This document shows, in pieces, positions 13,357 to 24,994 of a DNA stretch of 64,000 nucleotides; the first letter of the stretch is position 1, and each line of letters starts with the position of its first letter. The stretch comes from Moniliella sp. 'wahieum'. Its lineage: Eukaryota. The stretch covers positions 248,001 through 312,000 of the forward strand of contig RSEE01000009.1 in NCBI GenBank assembly GCA_003971905.1. The letters are read 5' to 3'. The position numbers were made by a program, and so were the translations under genes. A model generated the notes under the pieces. The model saw nothing but the letters and a program-made list of their open reading frames with translations. It made no database searches and had not been told where the DNA came from.

Positions 13357-14214
13357 CTAATGCGTCGTATTAGGCCATCTGTACAGCATGTCGGCCATGT
13401 AGTCCATCTTGAGGGAAGTGTGTGACCCAGAAGGTGGAATAGACATGGCAGGCACAGTGAGTCCACAGCTGGACGTTGGTGTTGAGCTAAAGAATGCTTC
13501 TGGCAAGGCGGGCATTGCAGGAGTAAACATAGTTTCGTGAGGTGCGTAGTAGGGCGTTGGAGCTGACAACATCGGGCCCGGGTCGACCAGAGAGTTAGGA
13601 CCTTGCTGAGCAATGGTAGACAGATAGGAGGTGCGATGAACGAGGGGACAGGCGCAGTCGTCTGCGTTGGTGGACTGAGAGACGGCCATGAACTTATGGG
13701 AATGATTGGAGGGGTAGTAAGGAGGGATGAGACTTGCTGGCAGGGGAGGTGAAGGCTCTAAGGAGATGCGATGCGAGGATCGAAGCGAGGCTGATGAAGG
13801 AGAGGCAGGCTCCACGGGAAAAGAGGGAACTTCGACCGCAACAGGATGGGGCTCATCGATGCTTCCTTCCTCCACTTTGTATTTCTTGCCAGTGGCTTGT
13901 CCACGACTGGCTCTGCGTTTAGCCCTGAACCTGGACTGCGCCCGACGGTTCTGTTCCCGTCTACGAAGGGAAATCGAGCCGTCCGATCGTCTCTGGCCTC
14001 TACGCCAGGAAGTCGCTGTCGCGTTGGTATTGCAACGCGGGAGAGCCTTAATGGTCTTATGATACGTTGGTCGAGAGAAAGTCGAGTTCGAGGAAAGTGG
14101 GATTGGCCGGGAATCGTTAGAGACAAAAGCTTTTCCCTGCTGACTGAGGGTGGCGGTTCCGTCATCGGTCGAAAGGAATGAGTAGATCGAGTAAGAAAAT
14201 GCAGGTGAATCCAA
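13357..14214 (-). CDS. bZIP-like transcription factor (basic region)
   Basis: RRREQNRRAQSRFRAKR matches the fungal bZIP basic region N-x7-R. Intact 285-aa ORF with TATATA upstream on the minus strand (about 14400-14405). Confidence 0.75.
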   Translation of the reverse strand: MDSPAFSYSIYSFLSTDDGTATLSQQGKAFVSNDSRPIPLSSNSTFSRPTYHKTIKALPRCNTNATATSWRRGQRRSDGSISLRRREQNRRAQSRFRAKRRASRGQATGKKYKVEEGSIDEPHPVAVEVPSFPVEPASPSSASLRSSHRISLEPSPPLPASLIPPYYPSNHSHKFMAVSQSTNADDCACPLVHRTSYLSTIAQQGPNSLVDPGPMLSAPTPYYAPHETMFTPAMPALPEAFFSSTPTSSCGLTVPAMSIPPSGSHTSLKMDYMADMLYRWPNTTH

Positions 14215-17069
14215 CCATTCTTGCGTAGGGACAGGGGGTGGTAAGACCCAGTGAAGGCAGTGGTAGCCATGATGAACCGGCCGAGAGTATATAGTCGGTG
14301 AGTTTCCACTCTCTCACAGGCTGTTCGTGGTGGAGGCTGGTGGGGAAGTGGGGCAGGAAAGTGTTTGTTTCCGCCATCAGGGTTCGTGGGTGGGGGGTTT
14401 ATATATTTCTACTGCTGCGAACGGGTGCGTTTGCTCGCCACCCCGCCCGAAAGATCCGTCACACTCGGCTGTCAAGACCCATGGAGCTGCGCATCCCTTA
14501 TCCCTGAGTGAAACAAAACCCTCTTTGGAGGGCCAGCGACTGGTCATCGAGATGGCCATATATTATGCATCATGCATGGCATCGTAAGAGACCAAAGCCT
14601 TTGTGACGGTTCCTATTCGCTATTTCCTCGGAGGGCCCTATGTTGACAGAGCCAAAACTCAAGGTGTCTGTGAATCCCCTGGACTCGGACCAGGGCCAAG
14701 CTCCAGTAGAAGCTTTGAAGTCACAAAGTCACCAAGTTACAAGTGAAGTCACTGGTGTACTAGTCATCGTCATCGATTGTCATCGATTGCCATCGATCAT
14801 CGATCAATATGCCCTGAGATTGCTGGATCGGAGAGTTTTTGAGTTGCAAAGATGCATGCTTCCGATGTGTTGAACGTTGATATATGATACCTGATGCATG
14901 ATGCTTGTTGTACCAATAAAAGCCGTTGACCAAGTGTGATAATGCCAGCATGTCTCCTATGCTCGCGCGATCGATGATCGAGACCATAATCGTGTATCAT
15001 GTATCATGCACCATACATCTCTTGGTTCATCGACATCGCTCACACGTCTGTGCCGCGCTCATATTCGTCTGCGCTACATCCGATTTGGAAGCAAAAGTGG
15101 TGGGAGTCAAGTCTCCACTGGTCTCCTACATCAAAAGGGGGCTGGCACCAGCAAGCCGCACACGCCGGAGGATGAGCGATCCCGATATGGGGCGCAGCGT
15201 TTGTTTGTCTCAGCCTTAAGCCGTACTGCAAATGACATGCAAGCATTAATCATTAGACCACACGATGCTGTGTTTGGATCTCTGCGCTGTGCACTTTTGG
15301 CCATCGATCATAGACATCTCGATCATCAGTAATATGCATGCATCATGAGAGAGGCATCGTGCATTATATACTTGCTCATTCTGCAGCTCCCTCGCCATCT
15401 TGGAAGCATTAATCAAGTTGGATATGCAAACATACCACCGAATAGTCGTACATGCATGGTTGCTATAATGGGGATTCAATACTACTGTTGAGCGCTCACT
15501 GAGCTCTCTCAGAGCTGAGAATTAGGACCGTCACAGCTCACCGCCTTGGGCGTGAAGACGAAGACAGCGATCAAGCTGACGATGGAAGAAAATTCGTATA
15601 GGTGATCAAGTGTTTGCGCCAATTAAGCAAGCGCCAAAAGAAAAGAGACCCCGCACACATGGTCATTAATCATTGAACAACCTCCTCACTATTGGTGAGA
15701 ACCAAAACTGGTAGAAGCGGTTAGCCCTAACAAATGCACTCGGCCACTACTATTTCTTTCTCTTGCAGCGCCTTTGCTGAAGCTTGAAGACGCTCACGCC
15801 CTGTCCCGAATAATCAAGCTTCAAGGACCTATTGTGGCCGCAATCACTCATCAGTACGCAGCAATCCATCAGTGCGCCACAGCGTGTATGTATATAGACA
15901 CAGACAAACGTTGATGTCATTCTCAGTGATGGACGAGGGGCTTCTTAGTGTAGGACCGCCGAGCCCCGTAAGTGTCTCTCTTCACGGTTCAGAATATGAG
16001 CACGGGTGAGTGCCGCGGATTGTCTGATCTTCTCCCACACACAAACTTTGGTACTCGGAGCTGCGCTAGGTAATTTTGGTGCTAACGACGACCACATATA
16101 TGCACCATGCCCCACCCCGAGAGAAACACGCTGAACCACCTTCGTTTATATAACAGATCGAGTCTTACCAGGTCTTACTGTTGATTCAACTGTGATGTCT
16201 CAGCCTGAGATCTAATCCTTTTGCCATATATTACTTCTGTTGGAAGAGACAAAAGGGTTCGATCAAGCCGAAGAGTATATAGGTGGTGGCTTCCGAGGAC
16301 AAAATAAGGGGAGGCAAAAGGTGATAAGACGCCTTTTGGCCTACCTACGGAGAGGAGGGGTCGCGGGTCCCACCATGAGCGTGCATGGAATCGTCACCTG
16401 TCACTAGCGCCATTACACATTAATACCATTAGTGCGCATTAGTGGCGCTTATACAGAGACGTCATTGCTCATCATCTGTATTACCCGTCTGAATCTGCTA
16501 GCGACAGTAGCACTGTAAGGCCAGTATCGTGTGGAGGGCGGGTCTACACGTGTATATAGGGAATCGTAACTACATTGGAAGCTTCTCTTGACGACAGTTG
16601 TGGTAGCTAAGTTTTCTGTGCACAATCCATAATAGATCTCAGGTATCGTCCAGTTCTAAGATCTACTGTGAGTTGTGAGAATGCTACATGGTGCGAAAAA
16701 AACAGATACATATATAAAGCCTTTTGCTTGGTATATTATAAGAGAACGCGCGTATAGGAGCCAATGCTGAGTCGCATGCTCGCGCACGCCTCCCATACGC
16801 CGCTTTTTGAGGGTGGGAGTGACATGTCATCATGACATGCCTTCCCTTCTTCGACAAGGCCACGAGCCATGGATGTCTTGTCTGATTGGACGACGGTGCT
16901 GAGCTGTGGTTTACCAGTGTGACATGTGAATATGTGACGGACGGTGTGGTGTGTGCGCCACGTGAGGGCGAATACCTCAAAGAGTGAGATACCTCATGGA
17001 TTCAGGAAATGTACTATAGCCGTTTCTTCTTCTGCAGGATGCACCTGTGCTTTACTGACCCGAAACAAC

Positions 17070-17250
17070 TGTCACAGTCGGGGCTAAGGCGAGGGAGACC
17101 AGGATCGGACTAGGCCAAGGGGTGTAGCAATCGTTCGTGGGGAAGAAGCAAGAACAGAGGACATGGTGCGAAGTGGAAGGAACAGGGAAGGAGCGAGACG
17201 CTCGAGACGAAGAAATTGGAAATGGGAGCGAGATCAGCCAAACTATGACA
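17070..17250 (-). repeat. 3' LTR (181 bp, complete)
   Basis: TGTCAC...ATGACA; 17146-17250 is identical to 22642-22746. Confidence 0.93.
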
Positions 17251-17267
17251 TTGCCCCCTTTCAGACC

Positions 17268-20200
17268 TCATCTCCCGGGCGGCGACGAAGGCGAGAGAGG
17301 GCGAGTCGGCGGGCATGGGAGACAGGCTTATCGGGGTAGAGGGCGTGGAAACGAACCACTGGCTCGGCGTCATGAGACATGTCCGCAGCGGGTACCCACT
17401 CCCTCTCGTGGACAGGATAGCCCCGGAAGTGAACAAAAAGTACTCAATGCGGCCTCCACGACCCTTGCGGCGAGAGTCGAGGACATGCTCGACCTCGTGA
17501 TGAACCGCACCATCATCAGCAAACTCGGGGAGAGGAGGCGGGGGCTCGATCAAGCGGGCAGGGACCACGTCACCAGGGGTGTAGGCTCGCAAGCGGGACA
17601 CATGGAACACGTCATGGAGGTGTAGGTAGTCGGGGAGGCGGACCTGGTACGCGGCGCGGCCCACGGCGCGGACAATGGGAAAGGGGCCGAGGTAGCGATA
17701 GTCCAGGCCGTCAGAAGGCCGCTGGCTGGACACATACCCGTCCCGACGGACCAAAACAGGCTGGCCGGCAGTGAAGGAAGCCGCCTCGGTGCGCTGCTGA
17801 TCGGCATAATGCTTGTAGCGTTCTTGGGCCGCGGCGAGCGTGCGGCGGGCCACCGCCTGGGCCGAACGCAAATCCTCCAGATATGACGCAGCATCGGGCA
17901 CGGGCGAAGTGGAGGGCTCCAACTCCCCCCGGGGGGAGTAACCATAGGTGAGGACAAAGGGGGACTGGTGGGTGCTCGAGTGGGAGGACGAGTTGTAGGC
18001 GAATTCGGCCGTGGGGAGGAGATCGAACCAGTTGGACTGCTGCTCGTCGAGGTAGCAGCGGAGGTACTGTTCGAGGATCTGGTTGAGTCGCTCAGTCTGG
18101 CCGTCCGTCTGGGGGTGGTACGCGGTGCTGAGGCTCGACTTGATGCCCAAGTCGGCACACAAGGCTTGCCAGAAGTGGCTTGTGAAGGTCGGTCCCCGAT
18201 CACTCACCAGATCCCGGGGAAGGCCATGGTAGCGAAAGACCTGGTGTACAAACTGGCGTGCGAGCTGGGGCGCAGTGTCCGTCGTGTGGGCGGGAATGAA
18301 GTGACCCATTTTGGTAAAACGATCCACCACCACCAGAATCGCGTCGTAACCATTGGATCGGGGAAGCTGGGTAATGTGGTCCATCGTCAAGTGGGTCCAC
18401 GGGCCTTGGGGAGGGGAAAGGGGCTGAAGGAGTCCAGCGGGTTGGTGGCGAGGCGCTTTGGTCCGTTGACAGCGGTCGCACGAGCGCACGTAGGCCCACA
18501 CGTCGGCTGACAGGCGGGGCCACCAATATTGAGCGCGGACACGGGCCAACGTCTTGTCGCGCCCTTCATGGCCCGCCAATGCCGAGTCGTGGGCTTGGTG
18601 GAGAATGGCAGCGCGGATCGGCGGGTCGCTGGGGACGTATACCGGTTTCCGTGCCACAAAAGGCCGTCGCGGACCGTCAAAGCATGGCGGGGTGGGCGTG
18701 GAGCCGTAGCAAGGGACCAACGAGGGTCACGAGGCAGGAGTTGGCGGATGCGCTGTCGAATCTCGTCGGCAGACACTCGCCCCACCACCGGTGTATCGGG
18801 GTCCGCCGCCATGAGCTCGAGGGCGGCGGCAGAACGTTCGGACATGGGCTCCACCAGTACTTGAGGTGCCGCGTCAGCGGGCCGGGGCCCCTCAGCGAGG
18901 TCGGGACGGCGCGACAACCCGTCAGCCGCACCATTCTTCTGCCCGGCACGGTACACCATAGCAAGGCGGTAGGGGGACAGGGTCTGGCGCCATCGGCCCT
19001 GGCGGCGGTTCAACAGGCGGGGACGGCGGAACGTAGCAATGGCCTCGTGGTCCGTAAGCACTTGGACAGTCTCAACACTTTCGACGTAATGGCGCCACAC
19101 CTCCACGGCGGCCACGATGGCCAGCACCTCCTTTTCGGACGTAGTATAGTTCAGCTCGGCCGCGGTGAACTTGCGAGAATGGAAGGCGACCGGCCGCCAA
19201 CGACCGTGAACATCCTGCTGGGCGAGCACCGCACCAAGCGCCGCGTCCGACGCGTCAGTCTCGAGGCGAAGGGGGCGAGTGGGATCAAAGTGGCAGAGGA
19301 GGTGGGGCGAGGCAAAGACGCGCTTGAGCTCGGCAAACGCCTCTTCGCAGGCTGGGGTCCAAGAAAACGCTGGTCCTTGCGTGTCAGGTCGGACAGAGGG
19401 GCTGAGATACGGGCAAAAGAACGGACGAAGTGACGGTAGTAGTTGGCGAAGCCGAGGAAGACTTGGACTTGGCGAGGGGTTCTGGGTGTTGGCCACGACC
19501 GAATCGACTCAACCTTGGACGGGTCCATCCCGATCCCGTCAGGCGAAACGACGTAGCCCAGGTACTCGGTGCGGCGTGTGTGGAACTGACACTTGTCGGG
19601 GTTGAGGTAGAACTTGGCCAGCTGCAGACGCCGGAGGACCTCGGCAACGTGGCGCTCGTGCTCCATCTCATTAGTCGAAAAGATGAGGATGTCGTCGAGG
19701 TATGCCAATACCGAGACGTCGAGGAGGTCACGGAGGAGGTCGTTCATCACAGCTTGGAAGGTGGCAGGGGCGTTGCAAAGGCCAAACGGCATAACAAGGG
19801 ATTCAAAGTGTCCGTACCGAGTGCGGAAGGCAGTCTTACTCTCGTCGCCTTCTCTCACCCGCAACAAGTTATACGCCCCACGGAGGTCAAGCTTGGTGAA
19901 GATGCGGGCCCCCGAGAGGCGGTCCAACGAGTCACTAATCAGAGGCAGAGCCAACCGGTTCTTGATCGTAACCGAGTTGAGCGCACGATAGTCCACGCAC
20001 AGGCGCAACGAGCCGTCCTTCTTTTTGACAAACAGGACGCCCGCGCCGAAGGGAGACTTGGATGGACGGATGAACCCTGCAGCCAGGTTCTCCTTGAGCC
20101 ACTGGGACAAGGCCTGCATTTCGCCCGTCGACAAGGGGTAGAGGCGAGTGAAGGTGGGGGCGGCGCCGGGGACAAGGTCGATGGCGTGATCGGCGGCACG

Positions 20201-21300
20201 ATGGGCGGGGAGCGTCTTAGCCCCTGACTTGGAAAAGGCGCTAAGGAAGGAGTGGTAGCGGGGAGGGACTGTCTGGCGGACGTGCTCGAGGTACTCGGGT
20301 GTGTCACACTCGTCGGGAAACATTGGCTCGGGACCGCCAGCGACCGCGACGGACGAGACGGCCAACTCGGGCTCAGGGGGAAATGCGACGTTTACCATGG
20401 CCTCGGGTTCCTTGACCACCTCGAGCTCAAACTGCTCCAGAGAGAGAATGTCAATAGGCGGTCCAGACCGAGAAGGCAAGGAGGGACCCGGGCCAGAGGG
20501 CGCCGAGGAGGGGGTGTGGGGAAGAGGCTGCGTACCGCGCGACGGGGGGTGGGACGAGTGGGTAAGAGAGGGGGGAGGGGACGGGCTGGGAGGGAACCGA
20601 GGAGGGAAAAGGAATCGAGTTGACAGAGGGGGGCGAGATGGGGTATGGGGAGGTGGACTTGGGCCGGGGCCCGGGCGAGTGCTGGTGCTGGTGCGTAGTC
20701 TTGGTCTTGGGCTGGTCTTGGTGCTGGGGCTGGTCTTGGTGCTTGGTCTGGTCTTGGTGCTTGGGCTGGTCTTGGTGCTTGGGCTGGTCTTGGGGCTTGG
20801 GTGGGGGTTGGGGCTGAGGCCGGGGTACAGTCGTGGAAGGCATATGGTGATCACGGCACTGCACCTTATCAAAGTAAAGGGTGTGCGAGGGGTAGTCGGT
20901 GCTGGGGTTGTGAGTCTCAAGGAAAGGGAGGCCGAGGATGAGGGGGTGATGGAGGGAAGTGAGGAAGAACTCCTCAGTTGAGACATGGGAGCCGATCACG
21001 ACAGGCGCCTTCACCGCTTGGGTCACCAGACCCGAGGAAATGGGACGCCCGTCTACCACCCTGACGACCACAGGCGACGGCAGCGTGCGAGGAACCAGGC
21101 CATGCTGGCGGGCAAAACCATGGTCCATGAAAATACTGTTCGCACCAGAGTCGACCAAGGCGGTGACCGGGATCGGGGAAAAGGGAGACGGAGACGAGGG
21201 GCCAGGATGCAGATGGGCGAGTACCGTGAAAGACCGAGAGGAGGGGGGACAGGGCCCCACTGCCGCCTCAGACAGAATCAGCGGCGGGGCCGAGGAGGCG
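17268..21300 (-). CDS. pol: Pol polyprotein: aspartic protease, reverse transcriptase, RNase H, integrase, chromodomain (split by frameshifts)
   Basis: ALVDSGA (PR); [34 protein letters not shown] (RT); LETDASD, VLTDHE (RH); HQAH..GHEG..CDRC, MDHI, SDRG, DGQTER, LGPF (IN); [21 protein letters not shown] (chromodomain). Confidence 0.95.
20697..20802. repeat. 18-bp coding tandem repeat (about 5 copies) in the PR-RT linker
   Basis: Unit approximately CTTGGGCTGGTCTTGGTG; reads (PKHQDQ)n or (TKTSPS)n on the minus strand depending on frame. Confidence 0.85.
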
Positions 21301-22628
21301 GCGGGGAGACCTGGACGTGGGGCACTCGGCAATGAGGTGGTCACGGGAACCGCAGTAGAAGCACGCACCTTGAGCGCGGCGCTCGGTGCGCCGTGCCGCC
21401 GCTTCGGCGGTGGCGGTGGCTGCGCTGAGGTCCATGGGCTCGGCTTCGGGCGACGAGGGCCGAAACCAATGATTGCCGCCCGATCCCGGGGAGGTTGCGG
21501 TACCATGAGCGCCCAACGATTGCGATTGGTCGATGTCAATGGCCGCTGTGCGCAGTTGTTCGAAACTGATCCGTCCAAAGTGAGCCGACTCGCCGCGGGA
21601 GGCGATTGCGTCACGCACCCGCGGCTTCAAGCCGTACAGAAAGTGATAGTAGCGGTCCTCATCCGACGCGTTGGGGTTCCAGCGACGCAGCAGAACCGTG
21701 AACGTAGCGGAATAGTCCGCTGCAGATCCCGTCTGCCGAAGACGACCAAACTCCTCAAACGCCTTCAGCGCCGGGTTGCGCTCGCCCCACTGCTCCAGGA
21801 AAGCTGCGCGAAACGCAGGCCAAGACCGGAGGGCGGGTGTGGTGCGCGCCTCCAGGGGAAGGGCCACCTCCGAACCGAACTGCTCGACCCAAGTGAGGGC
21901 CTCCCCCTGCAGCAGGCCCATGAAGCGGTCGATCCATGCCGCCGCGCCCAGATGCGTGAGGGCGACGCGCGCGTAAATCTCGAAGGAGTGACGACGTGCT
22001 GGGCCTGGACCCGGTCCCGAGAGTTGGGATTCGCACCAGACGACGGGCGGAAACGAACGGGCTCGAACATCTTCGGCTCTTCCGACACCTTGTTCGGGAT
22101 GGCGGTCAGATCACCATAAGGCCCAGGGGGGGAGCGGGGGCGGGGCCCGAGGACACCACGCCAGTTTGAGCCTCCCGTACCGAGGCGGCCAACCGGGCCT
22201 CTTCCGCGGCGAGCGCCGCCTCCTCCCGCCGCTGACGGAGGCGGTGCTCACGGCGCTTCGCCTCTTGCTCATCCTCGAAAGCGCGGCGCTGGTCCTCCTG
22301 GGCTGCAAGGTAGGCCTGGTGTTCCCGGGCCTCCGTCAACAGAAGCTGGCGCATTCTGCGGGCCTCATCGACCCGGCGCTGAGCGGCCTCGAGGTCCAGG
22401 CCGGACAGGTCGGAGGCAGGCAATGTATACCCCGGGGGCGCGGGCGCAACAGACGGAGCTGCATGGGGGGGTTCAGAGGGGCCAGCCGGGTGGAACCACT
22501 CCGGGCCATCGTCGTCGAACGGAGCGTCAGAGGGGGGTCGGACGGGGGTCGGATCGGCCGCGCCGCGCGATGGTGTGCGGCGCGCTAGGGTTACTGGGGT
22601 CATGGGGGTTGTCGTGGATCGAGGACAT
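21268..22628 (-). CDS. gag: Gag polyprotein with CCHC zinc knuckle (frameshifted)
   Basis: LLQGEALTW..SWPAFRAAFL..LRQTGSAADY..FLYGLK (gag core), EPMDL, CFYCGSRDHLIAEC knuckle; N-terminal coiled coil in ORF 22106-22603. Confidence 0.9.
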
Positions 22629-22633
22629 CTCTG

Positions 22634-22746
22634 GTCGGGCTAAGCAAGAACAGAGGACATGGTGCGAAGTGGAAGGAACAGGGAAGGAGCGAGACGCTCG
22701 AGACGAAGAAATTGGAAATGGGAGCGAGATCAGCCAAACTATGACA
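22634..22746 (-). repeat. 5' LTR, internally deleted or truncated
   Basis: 105 bp identical to the 3' LTR, joined to GTCGGGCTAAG; about 60 bp and the inner TGTCACA terminus are missing. Confidence 0.85.
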
Positions 22747-24994
22747 ACAACAGCCTCTGGATAGTATACACCCCACACTGCCAGTATGGCCACGCGCGCA
22801 TAACCTTCGGCCTCACTGTCCGGACTCGCCCATCAATATATGCATTAATGTCACTCGCATATGTGTCAGTCAGTGCGTCAATACTTAATTCTAGAGAGCT
22901 TGCCAGCTTGGCAAAGTGAACTCAGTGCTAAGTACGCTAAGTACGCTAAGTACTCAGGTACTCAGTACTCATGCATCCATGGTACTCATGACACTCTCCA
23001 TAGTATCTATTTTCGCTAATAGTTACTGTAGTCACCACAGTGTTGCACCCCCAGAGGTAAGCATGTGACGCCGCGCACATTAATTCCGTGAAACGGTTGG
23101 CCGTTTGCAGTCACACACGGTGAATGATCTACTGGTTGTTTGCTTGGTGAAGCTAGTGACGCCGGTGACCTGAGGCGACGTGTTCGGTGTTGCCGGGTGT
23201 CTCGCTAACGTCTAACATGCGCTAAAGACAGGACCACAAGGATACTACGTACCGGGCCCGTAGTAGTTGTGCCGCGCTCCCGGCCCGCGAGCCCCCTTTG
23301 GCCTTGAAGCTTGACACTTAAAGCTGAAATCCATTGCAATGTGTGATCATCCAAAGTCTTGAAGCTTGAGATCGAGCTCGAGAACGATCAGATCTGAGAT
23401 GAGAGAGAGATAATCGATAATCGATAATAGGAGATGGAGTCGATGGCGAAGAGGACACTTTTGGCCGGGCGCAACTTGGCTTCTGGATGGACATGCATGC
23501 AAGAAACGTTTCCTTGTCCTTGTATAAGAGTTGAGGCCTGAGGGCGGCGCTGAGGGGATACCGGAGATGCAAGAAAGCAGAAGCAGGCCAAAGAGAAAAA
23601 ATGACTATAGGACGGCTCTTCGATAACCGCGGACGTTCTTGGAGGATCGATGGATGACGAATGAATGACGCGTGAAATGCGACATGGGCAATGCATGAGG
23701 TCTGAGCCTCAGATCTCACTGAGATCTGAGGGGGCCCAAGCGATGGGTGAGTCTCTGAGTTCAACGAACGTTCACTATAGCATCGCGAGTCCAGCTGCCA
23801 GGCTGTCCAGACGACGGACACGGGACGCTTGTCCCAGTGGTTGCATGTGATGTAGTGAAGCTACAAAAAAAACTGATCAGATGCTACGGTGACATGCAGG
23901 TGTGACAAGAAGTGGCAGGCGACTCAGTGACCTAGTGACCGGTGACGGGTGACCGGCCTTTGACCTCCGTTTCTGTGAATCAATTAATTGACGCCTCATA
24001 AAACGTACAGTCCTGCCACGCGCCACGCGACCTGGGTAACCCTATCGACCACCGGACACCGGCGACACGCCACTGCCCGCAGCCAGACATTTTAAACGTT
24101 CAACGTTCAGACGTTCAGGGCCGACAGCCATCCTCGCACGGCCTCCTGCGTCGCTGCGGTGCACGTCGGCCAGTCCAGACACCATCATCGATCCATCGGC
24201 GTCGTCTGCATTCACATCACCTCCCCTCTCGCCTCCACTCCCCCCGTCCTCCCGTCCTCCGCCCCCCGCCTCGCACCAGTTCCCGCCGGTTCCAGCCTTG
24301 TGACAGCTCCCCGATCTACCCTTGCCCCACCGAGTGCTACTGCCTCGTCCCGTCGCTCAGCGCTCAACAGCGTTCAACGAACGTCCAGTGCGCCGCTCTG
24401 CGTCCACCGTTCACCTCAGCTCACAAGGCACCGAATCCAATCGGTGTGCGCGCCTCCCCCCACCCCCATCACCAGGTCACCGGGTGTTCCCTCTTTGCCG
24501 TCCATCTGCCGGTCGCCTCTGTCGCACGAGTATCTTCGGTGCGTATGATCTACTGCGTTGACATGGTGACAGTCTTGCCTGGCTTTGGCTTTGGCTGTTT
24601 TTCTGTGCCTGAACCTCGACACGTAGTACTTTATCGAAGATCCCCACGGTTGCTGATTGAATCTGCCGCAGCTTAGCATCGCTTTAGGAGGCTCTAGGGC
24701 GTTCAAACTTTGGCTCCACAATTCAAGGTCCTTGACTAGCTTGCTCCCTCCCCAGTGCAACCCGTACCATTCTGAGCACTGAGGTTCAACTCGGTCAACG
24801 TGCAACCCCAAGCTCCCCCGTTCTACCTACACCTCCTTCAGATCTCAGAGGCGCTGTCTCAATTTGTTTTGCTTCCTACGGCCTCAGCTACGCTTTGTCA
24901 CGTTCGATCTTCCCTTGCAACAACTTCGTTTGACGCAAGATCACCTCCCTTTTTCACGCTGTCTTATTCTTCTTTGAAACGACCCTGTCCCTCC

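Larger units (their letters stand above)
17070..22746 (-). mobile_element. Ty3/Gypsy LTR retrotransposon (chromovirus), recent insertion
   Basis: TG..CA termini, TSD ACAAC at 17065-17069 and 22747-22751, polypurine tract (minus strand GAAAGGGGGCAA) beside the left LTR, gag-PR-RT-RH-IN-chromodomain order. Confidence 0.97.
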
